Shown: positions 1-9,812 of the stretch, one piece after another | Layout: each line of letters opens with the position of its first letter | How positions within the stretch are numbered: position 1 is the stretch's first letter | Notes under the pieces: generated by a model | What the model saw: the letters and a program-made list of their open reading frames with translations, nothing else | The model's database searches: none | What the model was told of the DNA's origin: nothing | Program-made: the position numbers and the translations under genes | NCBI GenBank assembly: GCA_040218735.1 | Contig: JAVJQW010000007.1 | Location: 32,001 to 96,000, forward strand | Length of the DNA stretch: 64,000 nt | Source: Deltaproteobacteria bacterium | GTDB taxonomy: Bacteria; Myxococcota; Kuafuiibacteriia; Kuafuiibacteriales; Kuafuiibacteriaceae | Direction: 5' to 3'

Positions 1-147
1 GGCTGCGTTTCGGCGCGGGCGGGTGCAATCATCGCCCCTCGCCAACGCACGAAGCGCGCCAGCGCGTACGCGCTCCAGACCACGTCCGGCGGGTGACAAC
101 TCGGGAGCCGCCTGGGGTTGACGAACTGTCAGGCGGTGGCGCTCGCG

Positions 148-3045
148 CTAGCGACCAATGAGGCTATCCACGAGCACGCGGAGGACCTGGACGTCGTACG
201 GCTTCTCCAGCCGGTGGTGAGGGACGGAGCGCAGGAACGTCTGAACCCACGGCGTGAAGATCCCTCCCGTGAGGAAGATCGTCCGCTCGGCCAACTCGGG
301 GTAGCGGCGCTGCACCTCTTCGAACAGCTCGACGCCGTTCGTGCCGGGCATCATGAGGTCGCAGATCAACACGTCGAACGGACCGTCCTCCTCCAGTCGA
401 ACCAACGCCGTCTTGGCGTCCAGAGCCCCCACCACACTGTGACCCATCGCGAGCGCGCGTTCGGCGGAGCGAAGCACGATCGGCTCGTCGTCGACGACCA
501 GCACTTTGCCTCGGCGCGCCTGCGCCACGACGGGCTCCGGCTCCGACGTCGGTGTCTCGGCGGAGGGCGCGAGCGGAAGTTTGACCCGGAACGTCGTCCC
601 GCGCCCCAACTCACTTTCGAACGTCAGCTCCCCGTCCAACGACTTGACGATGCGTTGGCAGATGGAGAGGCCGAGCCCCGTTCCCACACCTGAGGGTTTC
701 GTCGTGAAGAAGGGCGTGAAGATCCGCTTTCGAACCGACTCCGGAATACCTTCTCCCGTGTCGGTGACCTCCACGATGAGACGCTCGTCCTGCTCGAACG
801 CCGATACCGTGATCGCGTTCTCCTCGTAGTGACCGCGCGGGATGGCATGAGCTGCGTTGATGACGAGGTTCAAGAAGACCTGACTCAGTCGCGCCTCGTT
901 CCCATAGGCCGGCGGCACGCCGTCGTATCGTGTGACCACGCGCGCGCGCTGCCGCACCTCGTTGCGCGCGACACGCAGCGTCGAGTCGAGGAGACGAGGG
1001 ATGTCGACCGGCTCGCGTCGTTCCTTCTCGACCCTCGAGAACACCTTCAGGTCCCGAACGATGGTGCGAATCCGATCGCCCGCGTCACGGGCGTCGACGA
1101 GGGCCTCGACGATCTCCGGGGACACCGGTGCTTGCTCCGATATCCGCTCGAGCTCACCGACGGCGAGCTCGATGTTTACGATGAGCGCCTGCATCGGGTT
1201 GTTGATCTCGTGGGCGACGCCCGCCGCCAGCAGTCCGACCGAAGCCATTCGATCCGCAACGATGAGTTTAGCGTCGGTGGCCTTCTTCTCGGTCACGTCG
1301 CGCGCAATGACGACCACTCCGGCTCGTGAGTCCTCCTGCGCAACGGGCGCCATCTTGATCCAGTAGATGACTTCCTCGCCGTCGTCTCGGGCGTACGCCT
1401 CTTCCCAAGACTGAGCCTCGCCGGTCTCCACCACGGCCTGCAGGCGTTCTCGCATCTCGGCCGCCTCGTGCCCCACCTTCAGTCCGAGCAGATCACCGTC
1501 CTTCACGATGACTTCGTCCGGCGCGGAGGTCCGCGACACGTAGCGAACGAGCCCCTCGCGATCCACGAAGACCACGATGTCCGGGGCGTACTCGAGCACC
1601 GCGTCCAAGAAGGCGGTGCGCTCGCGCGCGACCTTCTCCGCACGCTTTCGCTCCTCGAACGCCGCCCCGAGCGCCAGGACTTGGGCGATCTGGTTGGCAA
1701 TTGCGCGCGTAAACGAGGACCACGTCGATCCCGAGAGCTCGCTGGTCCGCGAAAACATCGCGAGCACACCCAAGGCCTCGCCCACGTAAGTGAGGGGGAT
1801 GAGTAGAGCGCTACATGTTTCGCTGCGGCCGAGCACGTCCTCGGCGACCGCCGGATCGATGTCCTCGGAGGGGAGTTGAATGGACTGCCCCGTGCGAAAG
1901 CACCGTTCCACGAGCTCGGGGTGTCCGAACAGCGTGTCACATTCGTCGGCGTCCCATTCACGGGCGCCCACGATGGAACGAACCGACAGCGCGTCTCCTT
2001 CGCGTAGATAGAGCGCACCCAGCGAGATGCTCCCGGCGTCGAAGCACGCGGCGAGCGCCTCGTCGAGCGCGACGTCGAGCCCCCGCTGGCCGAGGACCAA
2101 CTCCGAAACGTTCGAGAGGATGGCCAGCTCCGCGGAGAGGGTCGTGCACCGCTGCGACAGGTGGCTGTTCAAGAGGACCTGCCGCTCCAGCTGGCTCACG
2201 ACGCGGTGGAGTCGGTCTTGATCGAGCGATGACTGCGACGGCGTCACATTCGGCGGGGGTGACCGCAAGGCGTCCTCGAGCGCGCGTAGCACCTGCGACA
2301 ACGAGGGCGTCCTCACGACGAGGTCGACGGCTCCCGAGTTCTTGGCGAGCTCGCGATCCGCATCTGCGGTGTAGCTCGAAGTCACCAGCAGCACCGGTAT
2401 CTTGCGGTGAGCGTCGCTCGACCGGATGGCGTAGGCCATCTCGAACCCATCACAGCGCGGCATCATCACGTCCGCGACCACGGCGTCGACATCGCGGTTC
2501 CGCACGATCGAGAGGCCCTCGGCGCCGTCGCTCGCGGTGAGCACGTCGAAGCCGACTTGCTCCATGCTGATCCTGAGGAGCTTCAGTTGAAGTGGGTCGT
2601 CGTCGACGACGAGGACCGTCTTGCCCGCCCCGAAGGGGCAGCCGTCCACGTTCCCCCGCAAGCGAGCATCGACGATCGATGCGAGCCGTCCTGGATCGAC
2701 CGGCTTGCCCACGACGTCGTCGAAGCCGGCCGCCGCCAGGCGCCCCTCCTCGAAGTTCGAAATCATGCTCGAGAACGCGATGATCGTGGTGTCCGCGCCG
2801 CCCTTCGAACGCAGCGGTGCGACGAGCTCGAATCCATCGAAGTCGGGGAGGATGAGATCGAGGAGCACGAGGCGAGGTTGGTGTTGCTCCATGAGACTCA
2901 GGCCGGTCGCGCCGTCGGGAGCCTCCAAGATGTGGTAGCCCTGCTCCGCGAGCGCGAACGCAACGAGCTTGCGGGTGGTCGAGCTGTCGTCGATGCAGAG
3001 GATCTCTCGAGCATCGCCTCGGTTGGAGTCTTCGGTGAGGCTCAT
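148..3045 (-). CDS. Hybrid sensor histidine kinase (REC-REC-GAF-PAS-HisKA-HATPase-REC)
   Basis: Three receivers, each with an intact Asp (LVLLDLILP, VVADVMMP, LICDLMMP). H-box AGVAHEINNP, N-box QVFLNLVINA, G-boxes DTGEG and FFTTKPSGVGTGLGL. Start moved to ATG 3045, which overlaps the upstream stop as ATGA. Confidence 0.93.
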   Translation of the reverse strand: MSLTEDSNRGDAREILCIDDSSTTRKLVAFALAEQGYHILEAPDGATGLSLMEQHQPRLVLLDLILPDFDGFELVAPLRSKGGADTTIIAFSSMISNFEEGRLAAAGFDDVVGKPVDPGRLASIVDARLRGNVDGCPFGAGKTVLVVDDDPLQLKLLRISMEQVGFDVLTASDGAEGLSIVRNRDVDAVVADVMMPRCDGFEMAYAIRSSDAHRKIPVLLVTSSYTADADRELAKNSGAVDLVVRTPSLSQVLRALEDALRSPPPNVTPSQSSLDQDRLHRVVSQLERQVLLNSHLSQRCTTLSAELAILSNVSELVLGQRGLDVALDEALAACFDAGSISLGALYLREGDALSVRSIVGAREWDADECDTLFGHPELVERCFRTGQSIQLPSEDIDPAVAEDVLGRSETCSALLIPLTYVGEALGVLAMFSRTSELSGSTWSSFTRAIANQIAQVLALGAAFEERKRAEKVARERTAFLDAVLEYAPDIVVFVDREGLVRYVSRTSAPDEVIVKDGDLLGLKVGHEAAEMRERLQAVVETGEAQSWEEAYARDDGEEVIYWIKMAPVAQEDSRAGVVVIARDVTEKKATDAKLIVADRMASVGLLAAGVAHEINNPMQALIVNIELAVGELERISEQAPVSPEIVEALVDARDAGDRIRTIVRDLKVFSRVEKERREPVDIPRLLDSTLRVARNEVRQRARVVTRYDGVPPAYGNEARLSQVFLNLVINAAHAIPRGHYEENAITVSAFEQDERLIVEVTDTGEGIPESVRKRIFTPFFTTKPSGVGTGLGLSICQRIVKSLDGELTFESELGRGTTFRVKLPLAPSAETPTSEPEPVVAQARRGKVLVVDDEPIVLRSAERALAMGHSVVGALDAKTALVRLEEDGPFDVLICDLMMPGTNGVELFEEVQRRYPELAERTIFLTGGIFTPWVQTFLRSVPHHRLEKPYDVQVLRVLVDSLIGR

Positions 3046-3437
3046 CTCATTTCCTGTCGGGGTGAAACACAGTCGAGGAACTCCCCGACGACGTCCAGAA
3101 AGGTGTTCGTGTCGATCGGCTTCGATACATACCCATCGCACCCGGCGGCGAGCGCACGGTTTCGATCACCTTTCATCGCTCGCGCCGTGACCGCAACGAC
3201 GACGATGTCTTCGGTGGCGGGATCCGACTTGAGTTGACGCGCCAACTCGAGCCCGTCCGCGTCCGGTAGCTGCAAATCTAGCAGCAGCAGATCAGGCCTC
3301 CGCGCGGCGATCATCCGCTTGGTCTCACGTGCGTCGGTGGCTCCGCCGACATCGTACCCACCGAGCTTCAAGAGGTAGGCCACCAGCTTCAGGTTGGCAG
3401 GGTTGTCGTCGACGACGAGGATGTAGGGCGTACTCAC
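3042..3437 (-). CDS. Single-domain response regulator (DivK/CheY-like)
   Basis: ILVVDDNPAN...LLLLDLQLP...VAVTARAMKGD...GCDGYVSKP. GTG start at 3437 lies 1 nt after the upstream stop. Confidence 0.92.
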   Translation of the reverse strand: MSTPYILVVDDNPANLKLVAYLLKLGGYDVGGATDARETKRMIAARRPDLLLLDLQLPDADGLELARQLKSDPATEDIVVVAVTARAMKGDRNRALAAGCDGYVSKPIDTNTFLDVVGEFLDCVSPRQEMR

Positions 3438-3438
3438 T

Positions 3439-4899
3439 TCAGAGCACCTCGAGGACCGACGACTCGACGCGTCGCGGGAAGACGGCAAAGAAGGTGCAAC
3501 CTCGGTCGGGGTTCGGCCGTACACCCACGTGTCCCCCTTGCGCCTCTACGATTCGTTTCGTGAAGGCGAGCCCGAGGCCCGTGCCCTGGCGCCGCCGTGA
3601 TCGTCCCGCACCAATCTGCTGGAACTCGGTGAAGAGTCTTCCCAGGTCCTTGGGGTCGATACCGTCGCCGTCGTCTTCGACCTCGATGCGAAACGCGTCC
3701 GGTCCTTCGGGGAGGCTGCGCACGATCACTTGTCCTTCGCGCGCGGCGAACTTCAGGGCGTTGGAGAGGAAGTTGTAGAGCACCTGCGTGAGGCGTACTG
3801 CGTCGACGTAGACGCGAGGCACCTCATCCGAGAGCTCCGTCCGGACGCGCACGCGTCGTTCGGTCTCGGACGAGCGGAGGATCATGACGACTTCTCTGAT
3901 TGCGTCCCGCAGGTCGAGCTCCTCCGGATGGAACTCCATTCGGCCAGCCTCGACTTTGGCCAGGTCGAGGATGTCGTTGATCAGTCGCAGAAGGTGTCGG
4001 CCGCTCGAGAGAATGTCCCCGAGGAACTCACGGTATTCGGGCGCGTCCGGCGCGACCTTGCCGCTGTGAAGCAGCTGCGAAAATCCGATCACCGCATTCA
4101 GCGGCGTCCGAAGCTCATGAGACATGTTGGCCAGGAACTCACTCTTCAGGCGGTTGATCTCGTGCATGCGGTGGTTCTCGGCCTCCAGCTCGTTGGCTCG
4201 CCGCCGGAGCTCCGTCGCCTTCCGGGCCTCCGTGACGTCGCGGAGGGAAGCGAGCGAAGCGGGCTCCGACTTCCACGTCATGGGTACGACGCGCATCTCA
4301 CACACCCGCTCGCCGTCGCGTCGCGGGACCCCGACCTCGGTGGTGGTGCGGTCCTTCACCGAGAAGGCCATCGTCTCTCCGAGGAGCGCGCAACGCTCGA
4401 CTCCGAATAGATCCACCGCGGCCTGGTTGACGTAGCGGACCGTCTTGTCGGTACCCACGACCAAGATCGCATCGGGTGTGGTTTCGAGCAGCGCGGCGAT
4501 CTCGGCGTGACGCGCTTCGGCGCGGTTGCGTTCCACCACGTACAAGACACACCGCGAGAACAGCCAGCTGTTCGCCTCCTCTTTGGACAGGACCTCGGCG
4601 GCACCCTCGGCCCGGAGCTCGTCGCGCAGGTCGGTCCTTGCGGCACCCGAGACGACGACCACGGGCACGTCCTGTGCGGCGGCGCGAACCCGTCGGAGTG
4701 TGTCGACACCGCGCGAGTCGGGGAGGTCGAGGTCGAGGAGGACCGCGTCGAACATCGAGCGTTTCAGCTGCTCGGTGGCGTCCGCGAGCGTTTGACTGAC
4801 ACACATGTCGACGACGGCGGCTGGCGACTCGTCGAGCCACTCCCGCGCCAGGTCGGCGTCACCCGGGTTGTCCTCGACGAGGAGAACGTGGAGGTTCAC
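3439..4899 (-). CDS. Cytoplasmic histidine kinase (REC-PAS-HisKA-HATPase) directly downstream of kaiC
   Basis: VLLVEDNPGD receiver, PAS (TPDAILVV...YVNQAA), FLANMSHELRTPL H-box, NFLSNALKF, GTGLGL. GTG start at 4899 is 2 nt after the kaiC stop. The ORF-track N-terminal extension overlaps kaiC and was discarded. Confidence 0.92.
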   Translation of the reverse strand: MNLHVLLVEDNPGDADLAREWLDESPAAVVDMCVSQTLADATEQLKRSMFDAVLLDLDLPDSRGVDTLRRVRAAAQDVPVVVVSGAARTDLRDELRAEGAAEVLSKEEANSWLFSRCVLYVVERNRAEARHAEIAALLETTPDAILVVGTDKTVRYVNQAAVDLFGVERCALLGETMAFSVKDRTTTEVGVPRRDGERVCEMRVVPMTWKSEPASLASLRDVTEARKATELRRRANELEAENHRMHEINRLKSEFLANMSHELRTPLNAVIGFSQLLHSGKVAPDAPEYREFLGDILSSGRHLLRLINDILDLAKVEAGRMEFHPEELDLRDAIREVVMILRSSETERRVRVRTELSDEVPRVYVDAVRLTQVLYNFLSNALKFAAREGQVIVRSLPEGPDAFRIEVEDDGDGIDPKDLGRLFTEFQQIGAGRSRRRQGTGLGLAFTKRIVEAQGGHVGVRPNPDRGCTFFAVFPRRVESSVLEVL

Positions 4900-4901
4900 G
4901 A

Positions 4902-6422
4902 CTACTCCTCCGGGTTGAAGAGTCCGCCGATCCGCGTCAGCTCGTCGAGTGCGACCTGTTGCGGGAAGCCAGAGAGGATCCCGGAGATGTTCCGGAACGG
5001 CTTGCCGATGTGCATGCCCTCTCCGTCGATCGTGAACTCTCGGATGTCCTTGTCGTGCATCGAGCCACGCATCTTCAGGACGGTGAGCCCGCGACGCATC
5101 TCCCCGAGCATCTCCACGTACCGCAGCAGGATGATGGAGTCCGTGATGGTCGAGATGTGCGCTTCGGTGACCGAGCTCCCGCCGAGCAACGTGGGCGTCG
5201 TGGCGGTGAAGAGCCCGCCGATCTCCTTGTGTTTGATGAACGACGTGATCCCGATGACGAACTCGCGATAGCCCTTGAGCGAAGAGACACGCTCCAGCGC
5301 GGAGAGGCTGTCCACGGCGATGCGGTTCGGCTTGAACTTGTCGATCGTCTTCTTGATGCGGATGAGGTGGTCCTCGAGCCCCATCGCTTCCGGGTACAGA
5401 CAGACGACCTCGAGGAGCCCGTCGCGTTCCATCTGCTCGAAGTCGACGCCCCACCCGGTCGCGTTGCGGAAGAGCTGATCGCGACTCTCTTCGAACGCAA
5501 AGAGCAGGCAGCGCTCACCCTTCGCGGCACCTCCCTCGATGAACTCCGTGCACATCAACGTCTTGCCGCAGCCGGTCGCGCCGGTGACGAGGATGATCGA
5601 GTCGCGAAAGAAACCGCCGCCGCACATCTTGTCGAGCTCGTCGTTTCCGGACTGGATGCGAATGTTCGAGGAACCCTGCTTCAGCTCCATGGCCGAGAGG
5701 GGGATGACGACGATGCCTTCCTGCGGAATCACCGTGAACGGATACTCACCTTTTTGGTGAGGCGTTCCGCGAAACTTGAGCGTCTCGATCGTTCGCCGTC
5801 GCTTCTCGTCCTCGAGGATGTTGCGAAGGACGACCACGTTGTCCGCGACGAACTCCTCGACGCCGAAGCGACTGATGTCTCCGTACTCATCCCGCCGCTC
5901 CGCAGTCATCACGGACGTGACGCCGAGCTGCTTGAGTGCACTCGCGATTCGGAAGAGCTCACGACGAACGATTGCGGCATCCGAGAACTGCGTGAAGATG
6001 GCGCCGAGTGAGTCGAGCGACACGCGCTTGGCGTTCGTGCGGCGAACCGCATGCTCGATGCGCGTCATCAGCGCCCCGAGGTCGTAGGCACCCGTCACGA
6101 CGATCTCCTCGGGTTGAGGTGATGCATCGACGAAGGCCCACATGCCCTCCGCCTCCCAGCTCGGGATGTCCCAGTCGAGCCCCAACATGTTGCGACGAAT
6201 GTCGCCCGGGGGCTCCTCGAAGGTGACGAACACGCCGGGTTCTCCGCGCTTGACGCCCTCCGCGAGGAACTGCGCCGCGAAGATGGTCTTCGCGCTACCT
6301 GCGGTCCCGGCCACCAGAGTGGTTCGTACTTCCGGCAGCCCTCCTTCGGTGATCAGGTCGAGGCCGGGGATGCCGGTCTCGAGCTTCTGAACGGGGGCAC
6401 GATCGATGGTGGAAGATTTCAT
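4902..6422 (-). CDS. kaiC: Circadian clock protein KaiC, double-domain, KaiC3-like
   Basis: Two RecA-like domains. CI has Walker [15 protein letters not shown] and LKFRG; CII has [13 protein letters not shown] and LKMRG. The phosphosite motif [11 protein letters not shown] corresponds to T426/S431/T432. 506 aa. Confidence 0.97.
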   Translation of the reverse strand: MKSSTIDRAPVQKLETGIPGLDLITEGGLPEVRTTLVAGTAGSAKTIFAAQFLAEGVKRGEPGVFVTFEEPPGDIRRNMLGLDWDIPSWEAEGMWAFVDASPQPEEIVVTGAYDLGALMTRIEHAVRRTNAKRVSLDSLGAIFTQFSDAAIVRRELFRIASALKQLGVTSVMTAERRDEYGDISRFGVEEFVADNVVVLRNILEDEKRRRTIETLKFRGTPHQKGEYPFTVIPQEGIVVIPLSAMELKQGSSNIRIQSGNDELDKMCGGGFFRDSIILVTGATGCGKTLMCTEFIEGGAAKGERCLLFAFEESRDQLFRNATGWGVDFEQMERDGLLEVVCLYPEAMGLEDHLIRIKKTIDKFKPNRIAVDSLSALERVSSLKGYREFVIGITSFIKHKEIGGLFTATTPTLLGGSSVTEAHISTITDSIILLRYVEMLGEMRRGLTVLKMRGSMHDKDIREFTIDGEGMHIGKPFRNISGILSGFPQQVALDELTRIGGLFNPEE

Positions 6423-6721
6423 GAGCGCTCCTCGTATCCGCCCGTCGGGCTCGGCTGAAGGTCCAGGCCCAGCAGGACCTTCTCGGTGTCCGATAGGTCG
6501 CCGATGATTCGTCGCAGGGGTAGCGGGAGCGACTTGATGAGCGTCGGCGTCGCGAGGATCCGCTCGTCCTCCGCGAGCTGCGGCCGTTCGATGATGTCGA
6601 AGACCTGCATCTCGTACTTACCTTCGAGCTCGACGCGACAAATGCGCTCGAGGTTTTCGATCGCTCGTTCGGAACGCGGCGTATTACCGGTGATATAGAG
6701 TTTCAAGATGAACCGATTCAT
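6419..6721 (-). CDS. kaiB: Circadian clock protein KaiB
   Basis: 100 aa: [16 protein letters not shown]...[46 protein letters not shown] overlaps at both ends. Confidence 0.97.
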   Translation of the reverse strand: MNRFILKLYITGNTPRSERAIENLERICRVELEGKYEMQVFDIIERPQLAEDERILATPTLIKSLPLPLRRIIGDLSDTEKVLLGLDLQPSPTGGYEERS

Positions 6722-7587
6722 GAACCAACCCCCATGGTTCGGGTGACTCGAGTTCGGTAGAACGAGACGAGATCGCCCATGAGCTCTAGGAGGACTAGAC
6801 GAGCCTCCTCGACGTACGCCGTAGCCCGTGCCGCCGTGCAGTTCGCGATCAGCGAACGCACCGCGAGCGTGTGAATTTCGATGACGTCTCGGGGGCTGCT
6901 CCGCACGAAGCCAAGGCGGTCCGAGAGCTCCAGTACTGCTCCGTGATACTCGGTGGTCTCTTTGTGGACGCGATGCTCGAGGGCCATCTCGAGGATTCGC
7001 GCATAGTCCTCGATCGCCCGCTCGAAGGCCTCCGGCGCGGTGTCCCGGAGCCGCCCCGCGGCGTAGAGCTGCGCGGTGACCGCCGTGCCTGGATCCCTCG
7101 AGAGCTCTTCGATCCCGGCGATCTCCTCGTCGCGTCGCTCGCGCTCTCGCGTCTGCTCCAGCTCGCGCTGCAGACGCGCGCGCTCGAGCGCGTAGCGGAT
7201 CGCGCGCGACAGCAGCGAGGCATCCAAGGGCGCCTTCGGCACGTAGTCTTGTGCGCCACGCTCGACCGCGTCGCGGCCCAAGGCTTCGTCGCGTGGTGAG
7301 CTCACCAGCACGAGGACCGGCACCTGCGGGGCGCACGTGTGGAGGCGCGCGAACGTGTCGAGGCCGCTCGAATCGGGCAGCTCGAGACCGAGGAGCACCA
7401 GCTCGAAGCGGCGGTCCACCAGGGCCGTGATGGCCTCGGCGAGGGTCTCCACGCTCGTGATTTGCCAGGAGGTGAAGGCCTCACGGCACGTCTGCTCGAC
7501 GCTCGCACGGTCGTGGGCGACGCTCTCGACGAGCAGGATCTCCGCCGTCTGGGTTTCTTCGTTCCCCCGGTTGTTCAGCCCGGCCAC
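6718..7587 (-). CDS. kaiA3: KaiA3-like protein: pseudo-receiver plus KaiA-type C-terminal helical domain
   Basis: N-terminal REC fold. C-terminal YARILE...PRDVIEIH...[16 protein letters not shown] matches the KaiA C-terminal pattern (Y..IL, IIEIH, RLTLID..AHL...YR). Its stop overlaps the kaiB start. Confidence 0.85.
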   Translation of the reverse strand: MAGLNNRGNEETQTAEILLVESVAHDRASVEQTCREAFTSWQITSVETLAEAITALVDRRFELVLLGLELPDSSGLDTFARLHTCAPQVPVLVLVSSPRDEALGRDAVERGAQDYVPKAPLDASLLSRAIRYALERARLQRELEQTRERERRDEEIAGIEELSRDPGTAVTAQLYAAGRLRDTAPEAFERAIEDYARILEMALEHRVHKETTEYHGAVLELSDRLGFVRSSPRDVIEIHTLAVRSLIANCTAARATAYVEEARLVLLELMGDLVSFYRTRVTRTMGVGS

Positions 7588-7677
7588 GTCGAGAGTGTCG
7601 ACGCTATCGGGGGATCTCGGGAGTCGCGAAGGTGCCGATTCTCTGTCAGGAAATTGCCGACGCGCGTGTCCGCAGTG

Positions 7678-8310
7678 TCACTCGACGACGCCGTTCTGGA
7701 GCGCATAACGCGCGATATCGACGTAGGAGCTCAGCCCGGTCTTCTCGCGGATGCGGGCCAGGTACGTGGCTACGGTCTTCTCGCTCAACGAGAGCTCCGC
7801 CGCGATCTCCTTGAGCGCCCCGCCCAGCGCGATGCGCCGAAAGATGTCGAGCTCTCGGGGGGAGAGTGACTCGTGCGGGAGGCTCGGTGGCGGCTGGCCG
7901 ATCGACTTGGCCACGGCGTTGGCGGTCTCCGGGTGCAGATACTTACCGCCGCTCGACGCCTGCTCGAAGGCCTCGACCAGGTCTTCGGCCGCGCGGTGTT
8001 TGTGGAGGATCCCGTTCGCTCCGGCCTGGAGCGTCTGCACCACGTACTCGACCTCGGTCAGCGCGGTCAGCACGAGGATCGGGACCTCTTCGTAGCGGCT
8101 TCGAATCGTCCCGATGAGCTCCACGATTCCGCGGCCCGGCATCATGATGTCGAGGATGATGCAGGTCCACGCATGGGCGTCGAGCACCGCGAGCACCCCG
8201 GTCTCGTCTTCCGCTTCGTGGACCTCGATGTCTTCGAACGCGTCCGCGATCGTCTCGCGCACACCTCGGCGCGTAATCGCGTGGTCGTCGGCCACGAGCA
8301 CGTAGCGCAT
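7678..8310 (-). CDS. NarL/FixJ-family response regulator (REC + LuxR HTH)
   Basis: VLVADDHAITRRG, IILDIMMPG, LSPRELDIF...KEIAAELSLSEKTVATY. Confidence 0.95.
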   Translation of the reverse strand: MRYVLVADDHAITRRGVRETIADAFEDIEVHEAEDETGVLAVLDAHAWTCIILDIMMPGRGIVELIGTIRSRYEEVPILVLTALTEVEYVVQTLQAGANGILHKHRAAEDLVEAFEQASSGGKYLHPETANAVAKSIGQPPPSLPHESLSPRELDIFRRIALGGALKEIAAELSLSEKTVATYLARIREKTGLSSYVDIARYALQNGVVE

Positions 8311-8312
8311 CG

Positions 8313-9812
8313 TCAGCTCCTGTCCTGCCAGGGCACGGTCACCCGAACGCGAGTGCCCGTGGGTTGGGATCGATCGATGGATGCCGTGCCGCCCAGGCCT
8401 TCGGCCCGCTCCCTTACGCCGAGGAGGCCGAGTGAACGAGGTGAGTCGATCAGGGCTTCGTCGATCCCGACGCCGTCGTCGGCAACGACGAGCTCGAGCT
8501 CGTCATCACGCCGCTTCAGCGTGACGTACACGTTCTTGGCCACCGCGTGTCGGGCGACGTTCGTGAGGAGCTCCTGAAGGACGCGGAACAGCTCCGTCTC
8601 GATCTTGTTTCGTGGACGACCGAGCTCTGCGATCTCGAGGCTGACCTTCGTTCGCGCGCGACTCTCGAAACGCCTCGCTTCGTCGCGCACGGCGGCGGCC
8701 AGACCAAAGGAGTCGAGCGCCGCGGGGCGAAGGCGCGCCGCGATTCCGCGCACGGCTTCCGCCATCTCGTCGGTGAGCGCCGACGTCTCGTGCAGTCGGA
8801 CATCGACCTCGCTCGGGATCTTGGAGCCGCGGAGGTGCCGCTCGATCCACTTGAGGTCCATCTTGATCGCCGTGAGCATCTGACCGAGGTGATCGTGGAC
8901 CTCGCGCGAGAGGCGGGTCTGCTCTTCCTCGCGGATCTCGTTGAGGCGCTTCGTCAGCGCGCGCATTCGCTGCTCTCGGTCGACGAGCTCGGCGTTGCGT
9001 CGTCGCACCTCGCGACCGCGCCGTTCCAGCTCGGTGATGTCCCGGCAAACGATGGTGCGTCCGTGGACCTTGCCGTGTTCATCGCGCAGCGGAGTCACCG
9101 CGACGGAGGCGGTGATCTCCTCGGAGCGTCGCGCGATCTGAATGACGTCCTTGACGACCGTCGATCCGTTGAGACGTTGGGCCGCAGCTGCGACCTCACG
9201 AAGGCCCACCACCTCGGCGCGCTCCGACGCGAGCTCTTCGATGGGTTTGCCCACGGCGGTCGCGCTGGGGATGTCGAAGAAGCTCTCGGCGGCGAGGTTC
9301 CAGCTCGTGACGATCCCGTCGACGCTCGTACTCAGGATGGCGTCTGCCGTGCTGCCGACGAGCGAACCCATGAGTGAACGCACACGCTCCTCACGCTTCC
9401 GTGCGCTCGACTCACCCATCCGGGCCATCGCGAAACCGAGCGCCCGCGTCAGGTTCTCGATCCCGACGTCGTTCTTGGAGATGTAGTCCTGAGCGCCCTC
9501 CGTCAGGCACGCGAGTGCGAGCGCCTCGTCCTCGAGCGCGGTCAACACGAGGATCGGGGTGTTCGCGGCGACTCTGCGTATCGCCCGAACACACTCGATG
9601 CCCACGCAGTCCGGGAGGCGAAGGTCGAGGATGATGGCGTCGACCGCCTCGTCTGCCAGAACCGCGTGAGCGGCCTTCATCGTCTCCGCACGGAAGATGG
9701 GGAGCTCGATGTCCGGGGCGTCCTCCTCCAACAGGCTGACGATGTAGTCGGCGTCGCCGGGGTTGTCTTCGACGATGAGGAGGCGAGGGACCTTGCTCTC
9801 GAAGCGCCTCAC
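8313..9812 (-). CDS. NarX/UhpB-class histidine kinase (REC-PAS-HisKA_3-HATPase)
   Basis: LIVEDNPGD receiver, PAS (DAILS...WNLAAE), EEQTRLSREVHDHLGQ, FRVLQELLTNVARHA, DDGVG, LGLLGVRER. Confidence 0.93.
   Translation of the reverse strand: MRRFESKVPRLLIVEDNPGDADYIVSLLEEDAPDIELPIFRAETMKAAHAVLADEAVDAIILDLRLPDCVGIECVRAIRRVAANTPILVLTALEDEALALACLTEGAQDYISKNDVGIENLTRALGFAMARMGESSARKREERVRSLMGSLVGSTADAILSTSVDGIVTSWNLAAESFFDIPSATAVGKPIEELASERAEVVGLREVAAAAQRLNGSTVVKDVIQIARRSEEITASVAVTPLRDEHGKVHGRTIVCRDITELERRGREVRRRNAELVDREQRMRALTKRLNEIREEEQTRLSREVHDHLGQMLTAIKMDLKWIERHLRGSKIPSEVDVRLHETSALTDEMAEAVRGIAARLRPAALDSFGLAAAVRDEARRFESRARTKVSLEIAELGRPRNKIETELFRVLQELLTNVARHAVAKNVYVTLKRRDDELELVVADDGVGIDEALIDSPRSLGLLGVRERAEGLGGTASIDRSQPTGTRVRVTVPWQDRS

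Noticed and set aside
3439-4899. SasA or CikA orthologue
   Set aside because: No N-terminal KaiB-like domain (SasA) and no GAF plus C-terminal pseudo-receiver (CikA).
4900-5454. Long N-terminal extensions in ORF-track entries (3439..5454, 6419..7336, 9809..11950, 16203..18464, 47842..49818, 56685..59582 and others)
   Set aside because: They overlap neighbouring real genes in another frame. Internal starts give clean ATGA/GTGA coupling or an RBS, so no fusion or frameshift is needed.
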